A stretch of DNA of 64,000 nucleotides. Source: Flavobacteriaceae bacterium (GTDB lineage Bacteria > Bacteroidota > Bacteroidia > Flavobacteriales > Flavobacteriaceae). The stretch is from positions 9,950 to 73,949 of the forward strand of contig JAKMEK010000040.1 of assembly GCA_022425945.1 (NCBI GenBank), read 5' to 3'. The notes below the pieces were generated by a model. The model saw only the letters and a program-made list of their open reading frames with translations. It made no database searches and was not told where the DNA came from. Positions 48,845-58,147 of this stretch are shown piece after piece (the first letter of the stretch is position 1; each line of letters starts with the position of its first letter). The position numbers and the translations under genes were made by a program.

Positions 48845-50317
48845 ATGGAACGCGTACGCTTTGCTCCTAGTCCAACGGGGCCTTTACACATAGGTGGTCT
48901 TAGAACTGCACTATTTAACTGTTTATATGCTCGAAAACTGGGTGGGTCATTTATCCTACGTGTTGAAGATACTGACCAAAACCGAAAAGTGGACAATAGC
49001 GAACAATACATTCATGATAGTTTAACTTGGTGCGGTATAGAACCAGATGAAGATCCAATAAAGGGTGGAGAATATGGGCCCTACCGCCAAAGTGAGAGAA
49101 GAAAACTCTACGAAACCTTTATTCAGCAGTTAATCGATAGCGGTGGAGCATACTATGCGTTTGATACCGCAGAGGATCTTGCCAGTGCAAGAGAGAAGGA
49201 CGAAAAAGAAAAAGGGGGCTTTAAGTACAATGCGCTTAACAGACACCTATTTGCAAATAGTCTAAATTCAACTGAGGAAGAAACCGCAAAAAGAGTAGGG
49301 GAAGGTGATGCAGTTGTACGACTGAAAGTCGATGCAGATCAGGTAGTAATGAGTAGTGATTTGGTACGTGGAAACATTCGCGTTAACACAAGTGAATTGG
49401 AAGATAAAATCTTGATGAAAAAAGACGGCATGCCAACTTACCATTTTGCAAATGTTGTCGATGATCATTTGATGAAAATTACAACTGTTATTCGCGGAGA
49501 GGAATGGTTGCCATCATTGCCTATTCATCAACTGTTGTATAATGCATTTGGGTGGGAGGCTCCAAAATTTATGCACTTACCACTAATCTTAAATCCATCC
49601 GGAAAAGGAAAATTAAGTAAACGTGATGGGGATAAAAATGGATATCCTGTGTTTCCAATTCAATGGAATGAAACAATGGGATACAAAGAAGCAGGATTTT
49701 TGCCAGAAGCGCATTTGAATTACATTGCTCAATTGGGATGGAGTCCAAAAGGTAATAATGAAATAATGACATTAAGGGATATGGAAGGGGCATTTGATGT
49801 CGCCGAAATTCAAAAAGGTGGAGCCCGCTTTGATTATGAAAAAGCAAAATGGATAAATCAACAACATTTAAATAGACTTAGCGCTGAGGAGATTATTGAG
49901 CGATATCCAGTACAGACGAAAAAGTTGAGGGATAAATTCGGGAAAGAGGCTCCAGAGATAGTTGATCTGATCAAAGAACGTCTTGTCCTAGTGAATGATC
50001 TGGAAGAAACAACAAGATGCTTTGTTGAGGATCCCGTTAATTATGACGAAAAGGCCCTGATAAGGATACAAAAGATTGACAAGAAAAAAGTTGGATCCTT
50101 GGTGAAAAAGAGCTTAGAAAATAGCGAAATTATTAATTTGAAAGAAGCCTTTATTAAAGCGGGAGATGAAAATGACATCGGATTAGGAGCGTTCATGCAG
50201 GTTACAAGGATTGCTGTTGTGGGGAGTCTATCAGGGCCAGATCTTTTTGAATTATTAAAGTTTATTGGAAAAGATGTAACTTTAAGAAGATTAGATCAAC
50301 TAATAAATAAGCAATAA
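48845..50317 (+). CDS. gltX: Glutamate--tRNA ligase
   Basis: RFAPSPTGPLHIGG, RVEDTD, YRQSER, IRGEEW, KLSKR. Confidence 0.97.
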   Translation: MERVRFAPSPTGPLHIGGLRTALFNCLYARKLGGSFILRVEDTDQNRKVDNSEQYIHDSLTWCGIEPDEDPIKGGEYGPYRQSERRKLYETFIQQLIDSGGAYYAFDTAEDLASAREKDEKEKGGFKYNALNRHLFANSLNSTEEETAKRVGEGDAVVRLKVDADQVVMSSDLVRGNIRVNTSELEDKILMKKDGMPTYHFANVVDDHLMKITTVIRGEEWLPSLPIHQLLYNAFGWEAPKFMHLPLILNPSGKGKLSKRDGDKNGYPVFPIQWNETMGYKEAGFLPEAHLNYIAQLGWSPKGNNEIMTLRDMEGAFDVAEIQKGGARFDYEKAKWINQQHLNRLSAEEIIERYPVQTKKLRDKFGKEAPEIVDLIKERLVLVNDLEETTRCFVEDPVNYDEKALIRIQKIDKKKVGSLVKKSLENSEIINLKEAFIKAGDENDIGLGAFMQVTRIAVVGSLSGPDLFELLKFIGKDVTLRRLDQLINKQ

Positions 50318-50335
50318 CCTTTAAAATCTATACCT

Positions 50336-51283
50336 ATGGGAATCTTTACTTACATTTTAATCTTTGTTGGTGTTTTACTAATCCTTTCTGGATTATTCAT
50401 CGTGAAGCAGCAGACTTCTGCAATTATTGAACGCTTTGGGCGTTTTTTGGCGATCAGACAATCTGGATTACACATAAAAATTCCTTTGATCGATCGGGTG
50501 GCGGGGAGAATGAGTTTGAAAATACTTCAGTTAGATGTGATCGTAGAAACGAAGACAAAGGATGATGTTTTCGTTAAACTTAAAGTATCTGTGCAATACA
50601 AGGTTCTTGCAGACAAAGTATATGATGCATTTTACAAATTGGATTACCCTCAAGATCAAATTACATCTTATGTATTTGACGTAGTGCGTGCGGAGGTGCC
50701 TAAGATGAAATTAGATGACGTGTTTGAAAAAAAGGATGATATTGCAAATGCTGTAAAGCGTGAATTAAATGACGCAATGATTAATTATGGTTATGATATC
50801 ATCAAAGCATTGGTCACTGACATTGATCCGGATGCGCAAGTAAAAGAAGCAATGAATCGTATTAATGCCGCTGAACGTGAAAAAGTTGCTGCCCAATATG
50901 AAGGTGATGCCGCACGTATTTTAATTGTAGAAAAAGCGAAAGCAGAAGCAGAAAGTAAGCGTTTACAAGGACAGGGTATTGCTGACCAAAGGAGAGAAAT
51001 AGCGCGCGGACTTGAAGAGTCTGTAGATGTACTTAACAACGTAGGAATAAATTCTCAGGAAGCATCAGCTCTTATTGTGGTAACACAACATTATGACACC
51101 TTACAATCCATTGGTGAGGAATCAAATAGTAATTTGATATTACTACCCAACTCTCCACAAGCGGGAAGTGATATGCTAAACAACATGGTAGCGTCGTTTA
51201 CTGCCAGTAATATGGTTGGGGAGGCAATGAAAGAACAAAACCTAAAGAAGAAAAAAGAAGGAAAAGGGCCTACTGCTTCTTAG
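50336..51283 (+). CDS. SPFH (band 7) domain protein
   Basis: N-terminal TM, IIERFG, ETKTKDDVFV, RAEVPKM.LD, AEAESKRLQG.GIA.QR. Confidence 0.9.
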   Translation: MGIFTYILIFVGVLLILSGLFIVKQQTSAIIERFGRFLAIRQSGLHIKIPLIDRVAGRMSLKILQLDVIVETKTKDDVFVKLKVSVQYKVLADKVYDAFYKLDYPQDQITSYVFDVVRAEVPKMKLDDVFEKKDDIANAVKRELNDAMINYGYDIIKALVTDIDPDAQVKEAMNRINAAEREKVAAQYEGDAARILIVEKAKAEAESKRLQGQGIADQRREIARGLEESVDVLNNVGINSQEASALIVVTQHYDTLQSIGEESNSNLILLPNSPQAGSDMLNNMVASFTASNMVGEAMKEQNLKKKKEGKGPTAS

Positions 51284-52946
51284 ACCAAGTGTCTCGTAAT
51301 CCAACTGTTTTGTTGAAAACCAACTCGTTTTCACGCGAACTACTATCTACAACATAATAGCCTAAACGCTGAAATTGTACACGCTCGCCAACAGACAAGC
51401 TGTTGAGAGAGGGTTCAACCATTGCCTGCTGGGTATGCAGAGAAGATGGATTAACAAAGTCAAGGAAAGAAGCTTCTTTGTGTTGGTCAGGGCTCTCGTC
51501 ATTGAACAATCGATCATAATTATGAACGGTTGCCTCAAGCGCGTGAGAAACACTTACCCAGTGAATCGTACCCTTTACTTTGCGCATGCTTGCTTCTGAT
51601 CCAGAACCGCTCTTACTATCAGGGTCATAAGAACATTGAATTTCTGTGATATTGCCCTGATCATCTTTTGTAACAGACTCACCCTTAATGATGTATGCGT
51701 TTTTTAGACGCACTTCTTTACCTAAAGTAAGACGGAAAAACTTGCGGTTTGCTTCTTCTTTGAAATCTTCACGTTCAATATAAAGTTCTCTAGAAAAAGG
51801 AATCGCTCTAGACCCTTGTGATTCATCCTCTGGATTATTAATTGCGGTGAGCATTTCTTCCTGGTCAGCAGGATAATTAGTGATAACCAATTTAATAGGG
51901 TTGACAACAGCCATAACACGAGCAGTCGTTTTGTTCAATTCTTCACGTACGCAAAATTCCAGTAGAGAAACATCAATAACGTTTTCACGTTTAGATATTC
52001 CGGCAGTATTGACGAAATTAATCAACGCTTTTGGTGGATATCCACGTCTTCGCATCCCTGCTATGGTGGGCATGCGTGGGTCGTCCCAACCATTGACGTT
52101 ATTATCGTCTACCAGCTGAGCTAATTTTCTTTTACTTGTAACGGTATAGGAAAGGTTGAGACGCGCAAATTCACGCTGATAAGGGCGAAGCTTGTTTGAA
52201 GTGGGTAACTGGTCCAAGAACCAATCGTAGAGCTCTCTATGGGGTTTAAATTCAAGTGTGCAAAGGGAATGTGAAACCTGTTCAATATAATCAGATTCTC
52301 CATGAGTCCAATCGTACATAGGATATATACACCAATCGTTTCCTGTGCGGTGATGATGTTTGTACAAAATACGGTACATAACAGGATCGCGCAAGAGCAT
52401 GTTTGGAGAACTCATGTCAATTTTAGCACGAAGCACATGTGATCCTTCCTCATGCTTACCGGCTTTCATTTCTTCAAACAGACGTATATTTTCTTCTACA
52501 GGGCGATCGCGAAAGGGGCTGTTGGTTCCTGTTTGCGTGGGTGTACCTTTTTGAATAGCCATGGCCTCAGAGTCCTGGGAATCAATATACGCTTTACCTT
52601 CTTTAACTAGATAATAAGCCCAATCGTACAATTGCTGGAAGTAATCTGATGCATAACATTCTTTGTCCCAAGAAAAACCCAACCACTCTATATTTTCTTT
52701 AATTGCATCAACAAATTCTTGATTCTCTTTTACAGGGTTGGTGTCGTCAAAACGAAGATTTACAGGAGCGTTATAACGTTGACCCAAATTGAAATTAAGC
52801 GCAATTGCTTTTAGGTGACCTACATGTAAGAAACCATTGGGCTCAGGTGGAAATCGAAAACGAATTTTTGATGAATCAAAACCGTTGGACAAATCATCTT
52901 CTATAATTTGTTCAATAAAGTGCAATGGTGCTTTCTCTTCTGACAT
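51270..52946 (-). CDS. glnS: Glutamine--tRNA ligase
   Basis: RFPPEPNGFLHVGH, RFDDTNP, YPMYD, HSLCTLEF, WDDPR, KGTIHWV; -7 box TATCTTTG at 52960-52967. Confidence 0.97.
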   Translation of the reverse strand: MSEEKAPLHFIEQIIEDDLSNGFDSSKIRFRFPPEPNGFLHVGHLKAIALNFNLGQRYNAPVNLRFDDTNPVKENQEFVDAIKENIEWLGFSWDKECYASDYFQQLYDWAYYLVKEGKAYIDSQDSEAMAIQKGTPTQTGTNSPFRDRPVEENIRLFEEMKAGKHEEGSHVLRAKIDMSSPNMLLRDPVMYRILYKHHHRTGNDWCIYPMYDWTHGESDYIEQVSHSLCTLEFKPHRELYDWFLDQLPTSNKLRPYQREFARLNLSYTVTSKRKLAQLVDDNNVNGWDDPRMPTIAGMRRRGYPPKALINFVNTAGISKRENVIDVSLLEFCVREELNKTTARVMAVVNPIKLVITNYPADQEEMLTAINNPEDESQGSRAIPFSRELYIEREDFKEEANRKFFRLTLGKEVRLKNAYIIKGESVTKDDQGNITEIQCSYDPDSKSGSGSEASMRKVKGTIHWVSVSHALEATVHNYDRLFNDESPDQHKEASFLDFVNPSSLHTQQAMVEPSLNSLSVGERVQFQRLGYYVVDSSSRENELVFNKTVGLRDTWSKKQ

Positions 52947-53033
52947 GTACTATTTTTTACAAAGATATTAAAAAGCATAGGGGGAAAGGCCCTTTTTAAT
53001 CGGTCTTTATATCTTTACACAAAAATTGTTAAT

Positions 53034-53399
53034 ATGGGAATTATACGTGTACGGGACATAAAGGTTCATACCAACCATGGATGTTTGGAAGAGGAAGCAA
53101 AAATTGGAAGTGATTATATTGTACATGTAAAAGTAGAAACCGATCTCTCTGTTTCCTGTAAAACAGATAAGCTAAAAGACACTGTTGATTATGTATCCAT
53201 TTATCAGATTGTATTTACAGAAATGAAGCAACGATCGGAATTATTGGAAACTGTCGTTCAACGAATAATCGATGAAATCATGGAGAAGCACCTATCGGTA
53301 GAGACTGTAAGTGTGGAGGTTGCAAAAATCAACCCTCCTATTGGAGGAGATGTAGGTTATGTAAGTGTCGAACGAAAAGCAAAAAGAGAACGAAATTAA
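53034..53399 (+). CDS. folB: Dihydroneopterin aldolase
   Basis: HGCLEEE..IG, D.L.DTVDY, LLET, KINPPIGG. Confidence 0.93.
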   Translation: MGIIRVRDIKVHTNHGCLEEEAKIGSDYIVHVKVETDLSVSCKTDKLKDTVDYVSIYQIVFTEMKQRSELLETVVQRIIDEIMEKHLSVETVSVEVAKINPPIGGDVGYVSVERKAKRERN

Positions 53400-53426
53400 A
53401 AAATAAAAACTGTATTTTTGCATCAT

Positions 53427-53497
53427 GGCACCGTGGCCGAGTGGCTAGGCAGAGCTCTGCAAAAGCTTGTACAGCGGTTCGAATCCGCTCGGTGCCT
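53427..53497 (+). tRNA. tRNA-Cys (GCA)
   Basis: Acceptor GGCACCG/CGGTGCC + discriminator T; anticodon arm GAGCT-CTGCAAA-AGCTT; T arm AGCGG-TTCGAAT-CCGCT; CCA not encoded; -7 box TATTTTTG at 53413-53420. Confidence 0.96.
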
Positions 53498-53500
53498 CTA

Positions 53501-53529
53501 AAAAGAACCCATCTTCGGATGGGTTTTTT
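53501..53529. terminator. Bidirectional Rho-independent terminator
   Basis: AACCCATC-TTCG-GATGGGTT (UUCG tetraloop) flanked by A and T runs, between tRNA-Cys and a convergent CDS. Confidence 0.85.
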
Positions 53530-54202
53530 AGTTCATTTCTATGATGGAACCACCTATTACTTTCTTTTTAATCAATTTAATCGGCTTTCCATAAATACGT
53601 ACTGTGCCGCCAACACTTACCGCTGCATCCAATAATTCACTGGCATGTATATAGGCTACACCACCCGCACGTACCTTTACAATGGATTGTTCTGTTAGAA
53701 GGTTTTCACCCTCACAAATCCCACCACCAAATATGGATAATTCGTGTGCAGTTGCTTTTCCACTTAGCGATAATGTTGCGCCAGAATTGACATTTGAATC
53801 TATTTTTTCAGCCACTATCGTTAAGGTTTGTTTTGATCCTTCCTGGGCTTTGATTTTAATGCTCGTGGTTATTATCTCAGCTTTGGATTCGATAATGCTT
53901 CCTTGATAAGAATGAAGAGCATCTAATTTTTCAGTAAAATGAAGTTCAACGTATGTGTTTGATGGATTGAGAAGTTGGTCTATTGAATGACGAATTTTTA
54001 AAACATCTTTCTTTAAAGTGAAAACAACGGTCTCAGTATTTTCACCAGAGATAACCATTTTATTTTCATCCGAGGGTATCAGTTTAACGTGAATTCCGGA
54101 GTAAACTTTTACACCTAAAAAAGGAGAAATTGAAACCTTTTTTTCTTGTGCTTGAGCAAAGAAAGAAACCACTAAAATTAAAATTGATACGAGCTTTTTC
54201 AT
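53528..54202 (-). CDS. Head GIN domain (DUF2807-like) secreted protein
   Basis: Signal peptide ending AQA; F..V.V.SGI.V.L, LSGKA and beta-helix Gly repeats, IYGKP. Confidence 0.75.
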   Translation of the reverse strand: MKKLVSILILVVSFFAQAQEKKVSISPFLGVKVYSGIHVKLIPSDENKMVISGENTETVVFTLKKDVLKIRHSIDQLLNPSNTYVELHFTEKLDALHSYQGSIIESKAEIITTSIKIKAQEGSKQTLTIVAEKIDSNVNSGATLSLSGKATAHELSIFGGGICEGENLLTEQSIVKVRAGGVAYIHASELLDAAVSVGGTVRIYGKPIKLIKKKVIGGSIIEMN

Positions 54203-54229
54203 AAAACAGTATTTGTATTAAAGGTAAAT

Positions 54230-56404
54230 TTATTCTTCAACTGTTGCAAAAGTAAAATCTAAGTGTCTTTTTATCAAATCTGCTTTAGCAACTTCAACTG
54301 AAATTATATCTCCCAATTGATATATTTTATTTGTTCTTTCGCCGACTAAAGCGTGGTTTTTTTCGTCAAAGAAATAATAATCGCCAGGTACGTCTTTAAT
54401 GCGAACCATACCTTCGCATTTGTTTTCTATTATCTCAACATATAAACCGCGGTCAGTTACTCCAGAAATAACACCTTCAAAAATATGGCCAATATGATTT
54501 TCCATAAATTTTATCTGCATAAACTTAATAGAGTCACGTTCAGCTTTGGTCGCCAATAGCTCTCTTTGTGATGAATGTGCACAAGCCTCTTCAATCGATT
54601 CTATTGGAGCTGTTTTTTTATTATTTAAATGCTGTTCCAATAAACGATGAACCATTACATCAGGATAACGTCTAATAGGAGAGGTAAAATGAGAATAAAA
54701 ATCAAATGCTAAGCCATAGTGACCTATATTTTGTGTGGTATATTCTGCCTTACTCATACAACGAATAGTGAGTGTATCGATCATATTTTGCTCTTGCTTT
54801 CCTTGGGTTTCAAACAGGAGGTTATTAATGGATTGACTTACATTCTTTGTTTTCAAATTTAGTTTATAACCAAAACCAGCAACGACCATTTGTAAATTAT
54901 TTAATTTATCTGAATCTGGTTCATCATGAATACGGTAAACCATCGGTAAGGCTTTTTCTCTTTTTCCAGCAAATCGAGCTACTTGTTTATTGGCTAATAA
55001 CATAAACTCTTCAATCAATTTATTAGCGTCTTTAGAGGTTTTAAAGAATACGCTTTCAGGTGTATTGTCTTCTTTTAAATTAAAGGCAACCTCAACACGA
55101 TCAAAAGAAATTGCTCCATTCTTCATGCGTTTTTTACGAAGTATTTTAGCAATTTTATCGAGTGTTGTAATTGCATTATAAGTTGATTGATCTACTTCAT
55201 AAGAACCATCACGAAGAGAATGTTTTTCTGTTACTACTGGTGTTCCTGACTGAATAATATCTTGTGCTTCTTCATAAGCAAAGCGATGATCAGAGTAAAT
55301 AACTGTCTTACCAAACCATTCCTTTTTTATATCTCCTTTTGATGTTATTTCAAAGACGGATGAAAATGTATATTTTTCTTCATGCGGACGCAATGAGCAT
55401 ACACCATTGGATAAAACCTCTGGAAGCATAGGGACGACTCTGTCTACCAAATAAACAGATGTCGCTCTGGCTAAAGCTTCTTGGTCAAGAATACTGTCGG
55501 GTTCAACATAATGAGAAACATCGGCAATATGAATACCTACTTCAAAAAGGTCGTCGTCTAATTGCTGAAAAGATAAAGCGTCGTCAAAATCTTTGGCTGT
55601 TTTTGGGTCAATCGTAAATGTTAGCACATCCCTGAAATCTCTTCTTTTCTTTATTTCTTCTTTTGATATTGTTTGATCAATTGCAGCTGCAGCTGCCTCT
55701 ACTTCTTCAGGAAAATGAAGAGATAAACCATAATCGGATAATATAGCATGCATTTCTGTGGCTGTTTCTCCTGGTGAGCCAAAATTTTCTATCAATGTAC
55801 CATAAGGAGATTCTGCTTTTTTCGGCCAATCTGTATAGCTAACAAGAACTTTGTCTCCATCATTATAATCAGCTGTTAATTGCTCTTTGTTAATAAAAAA
55901 GTCAGTATACATGCGTGCATTACGCGTCAAAACAAATGCATAGTTTTTTTCTATTTGAAGCACACCAACAAAATCAGTTTTGTTTCGCTCAATAATTTGA
56001 ACTATTTCACCTTCAAATCCACCATTCGATTTTCGCTTATAACAATATACTTCTACTATATCACCATTAAAGGCTTTATTAATTCCATTTTTTGGTATTG
56101 CAATGTCTTGTTCTAAATCTTCGCATATAACAAAACCTCTTCCTGAGGAGGTTACTTCTAATCTTCCTTTATGGTATTGTTTTTTTGCTTGGGAGAGTTT
56201 GTATTTTCCTTTTGTTGGGCTCACCAATTGCTTACTAGAAACATTTAAATTTAATAGTTTAATTAGTTCGTTTCTTCCCTTAGTATCCCTTATTTCGAGA
56301 ACCGCTGCAATTTGCTTGTAGTTGTATTCTTTGGATGGATTTTCACGAAAAAAAGAAAGAATCTTCTTTTCAATATGACGGTTGTTGTTTTTTCGTTTTC
56401 CCAT
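54230..56404 (-). CDS. rnr: Ribonuclease R
   Basis: TIDPKTAKDFDDALS, HIADVSHYV, IEEFMLLAN, HFTSPIRRYPD, C-terminal S1; ATG 56404 after -7 box TAGCTTTG (56413-56420). Confidence 0.96.
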   Translation of the reverse strand: MGKRKNNNRHIEKKILSFFRENPSKEYNYKQIAAVLEIRDTKGRNELIKLLNLNVSSKQLVSPTKGKYKLSQAKKQYHKGRLEVTSSGRGFVICEDLEQDIAIPKNGINKAFNGDIVEVYCYKRKSNGGFEGEIVQIIERNKTDFVGVLQIEKNYAFVLTRNARMYTDFFINKEQLTADYNDGDKVLVSYTDWPKKAESPYGTLIENFGSPGETATEMHAILSDYGLSLHFPEEVEAAAAAIDQTISKEEIKKRRDFRDVLTFTIDPKTAKDFDDALSFQQLDDDLFEVGIHIADVSHYVEPDSILDQEALARATSVYLVDRVVPMLPEVLSNGVCSLRPHEEKYTFSSVFEITSKGDIKKEWFGKTVIYSDHRFAYEEAQDIIQSGTPVVTEKHSLRDGSYEVDQSTYNAITTLDKIAKILRKKRMKNGAISFDRVEVAFNLKEDNTPESVFFKTSKDANKLIEEFMLLANKQVARFAGKREKALPMVYRIHDEPDSDKLNNLQMVVAGFGYKLNLKTKNVSQSINNLLFETQGKQEQNMIDTLTIRCMSKAEYTTQNIGHYGLAFDFYSHFTSPIRRYPDVMVHRLLEQHLNNKKTAPIESIEEACAHSSQRELLATKAERDSIKFMQIKFMENHIGHIFEGVISGVTDRGLYVEIIENKCEGMVRIKDVPGDYYFFDEKNHALVGERTNKIYQLGDIISVEVAKADLIKRHLDFTFATVEE

Positions 56405-56905
56405 ATATTCCACAAAGCTAGTGCATTAAAATTGATAAGGGTTCTCTTTTATTCACAAGTATTATATATTTCATTTATTCTTTTTTAAAATTAAAAAAAA
56501 ATGATGCTTATTATAGGGTGTTAATAGCGGTATTTCTTTTTTACTTCCTTTTTGTTTTTATGAATAATACATACTTATTAACCTTCTTTACAAGTTTATG
56601 AGTAATCTAATATTTTACAATCTAGTTAGATAGGTTAATTATGAACAGTTGTTTATAATGTAGATTGGTAGTATTTTCTTTTGTTAATAGTGGTTTTATG
56701 AGTTCATAACTAGACTCTTTTTTATTCATAAACAGTGAATCAAAAACAACAACTATTTTTCATTTAATCATTTTTTTTTTTAGGTAGAAAAACAAAACAG
56801 AAACCACCTTAACCTTATGAGAACTTATCAACATTTTATTGAATTAAGATTGACACTTATTCACATACTTATCCGCTTTGTGTACTTTTACAAAAAACAA
56901 AAATT
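56405..56905. other. Putative chromosomal replication origin (oriC)
   Basis: Longest intergenic region in the window; ~23% GC by hand count over 56461-56880; TTATTCACA at 56449 and 56857 plus several 1-2-mismatch DnaA boxes on both strands; near parS, mnmG and rnpA. Confidence 0.72.
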
Positions 56906-57337
56906 ATGACTTTTTCCATTGGTAACGATCATGCGGGTGTAGAATATAAAGAAGCAATAATAGCCTACCTCAAACAGCAAGGACATAGTGTAATGAATCA
57001 TGGAACTGATAGCATAGATAGTGTAGATTATCCAGATTTTATTCATCCTGTTGCAGAAGATGTTTCCTCAGCAAAAGTAGATTTAGGAATCATTATTTGT
57101 GGAAGCGGGAATGGGGCTGCCATGACAGCCAATAAACACCAAAAGATTCGTGCAGCGCTGTGTTGGACAAAAGAGATTGTTGCTCTTGCAAGAGAACACA
57201 ATAATACAAATATTCTAAGTTTACCAGCTCGTTATTTATCTATTCCGCAGGCTATTGCCATGGTAGAAACATTTATAACTACTGATTTTGAAGGCGGACG
57301 TCACCAAGGACGTATAGATAAAATGCCCTGTATCTAA
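56906..57337 (+). CDS. rpiB: Ribose-5-phosphate isomerase B
   Basis: GNDHAG, DYPD, ICGSGNG, ANK, AREHNN, FEGGRH..R. Confidence 0.96.
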   Translation: MTFSIGNDHAGVEYKEAIIAYLKQQGHSVMNHGTDSIDSVDYPDFIHPVAEDVSSAKVDLGIIICGSGNGAAMTANKHQKIRAALCWTKEIVALAREHNNTNILSLPARYLSIPQAIAMVETFITTDFEGGRHQGRIDKMPCI

Positions 57338-57786
57338 TGTTGCGTTTTAGGTGCAAAAGCTTTGATGTCCTAAACACCAAAGAACTTCATTCAATTTTGG
57401 CCCTTCGGGCAGAAGTTTTTGTGGTGGAACAAAAGTGTGTGTATCAAGATGTTGATGGAAAAGACCCTTTAGCATTACATTTGATTGGCGTTGTTGACGA
57501 TGAAGTTCTTGCATATGCTCGGATTTTTGCGCAAGGAATTGCCTACGAAAACTACGCATCGATTGGTAGAATTGTCACTTCACCATCCATCAGAGGGAAA
57601 AAAATAGGGCACTCTCTTGTTGCTAATGCGATCCAAGAATGCAAATACAACTATCCTGAGCAGCATATTAAAATTTCAGCACAGTCGCACTTGGAAAAAT
57701 TTTACCGATCACATGGTTTTTTGCCAACAGGTGAAGCCTATTTAGAAGATGGAATCCCGCATATAGGAATGACATTAGACGTTTAA
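57337..57786 (+). CDS. ElaA-like GNAT N-acetyltransferase
   Basis: LRAEVFVVEQKC.YQDVD, IGRIV, RG..IG, ISAQ.HL..FY...GF, EDGIPH..M. Confidence 0.88.
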   Translation: MLRFRCKSFDVLNTKELHSILALRAEVFVVEQKCVYQDVDGKDPLALHLIGVVDDEVLAYARIFAQGIAYENYASIGRIVTSPSIRGKKIGHSLVANAIQECKYNYPEQHIKISAQSHLEKFYRSHGFLPTGEAYLEDGIPHIGMTLDV

Positions 57787-57796
57787 ATTTTTTTAT

Positions 57797-58147
57797 TTAC
57801 AAAGACGTTATTTTTGCAAATAAGAGGGCAGACTCCTCGACCAATTCTTGGGTCTTAGGCAGTTTTCTCCCCTTGTACACCAACATAAAACTTCCGCGAA
57901 AGGGATAAGGATCAACGGCTTTTAAAGCAACCCTTAATTGCCTTTTGATTCGGTTTCGATCAACGGCCTTTTTGAAATTTCTTTTTGATACCGAAACTCC
58001 AGCATATAAATAGGGGGATTCCTTTTCTTGAATAAGACGAATGAATAAATGTTTAGAATGTACCCCTTCTCCTTCAAGAAAAAGCCGATCAATAACCGTT
58101 TTGCTCTTAAGACGCTTTAAAATAGGATTATTTTTCTGGACTGACAT
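57797..58147 (-). CDS. rnpA: Ribonuclease P protein component
   Basis: RLKSK..I..LF, GVSVSKR..KKAVDRNRIKRQLR (RNR motif). Confidence 0.9.
   Translation of the reverse strand: MSVQKNNPILKRLKSKTVIDRLFLEGEGVHSKHLFIRLIQEKESPYLYAGVSVSKRNFKKAVDRNRIKRQLRVALKAVDPYPFRGSFMLVYKGRKLPKTQELVEESALLFAKITSL

Noticed and set aside
53441-53635. 64-aa ORF after folB
   Set aside because: It reads through tRNA-Cys and the terminator; not a protein gene.
56623-56674. TAG-rich runs (TAGTTAGATAGG; TAGATTGGTAG) as DnaA-trios
   Set aside because: Period is 4 nt or irregular rather than a clean trinucleotide array; not enough to call.
56771-56781. T11 homopolymer as a phase-variation tract
   Set aside because: Intergenic, outside a promoter spacer and unremarkable in a 77% AT region.
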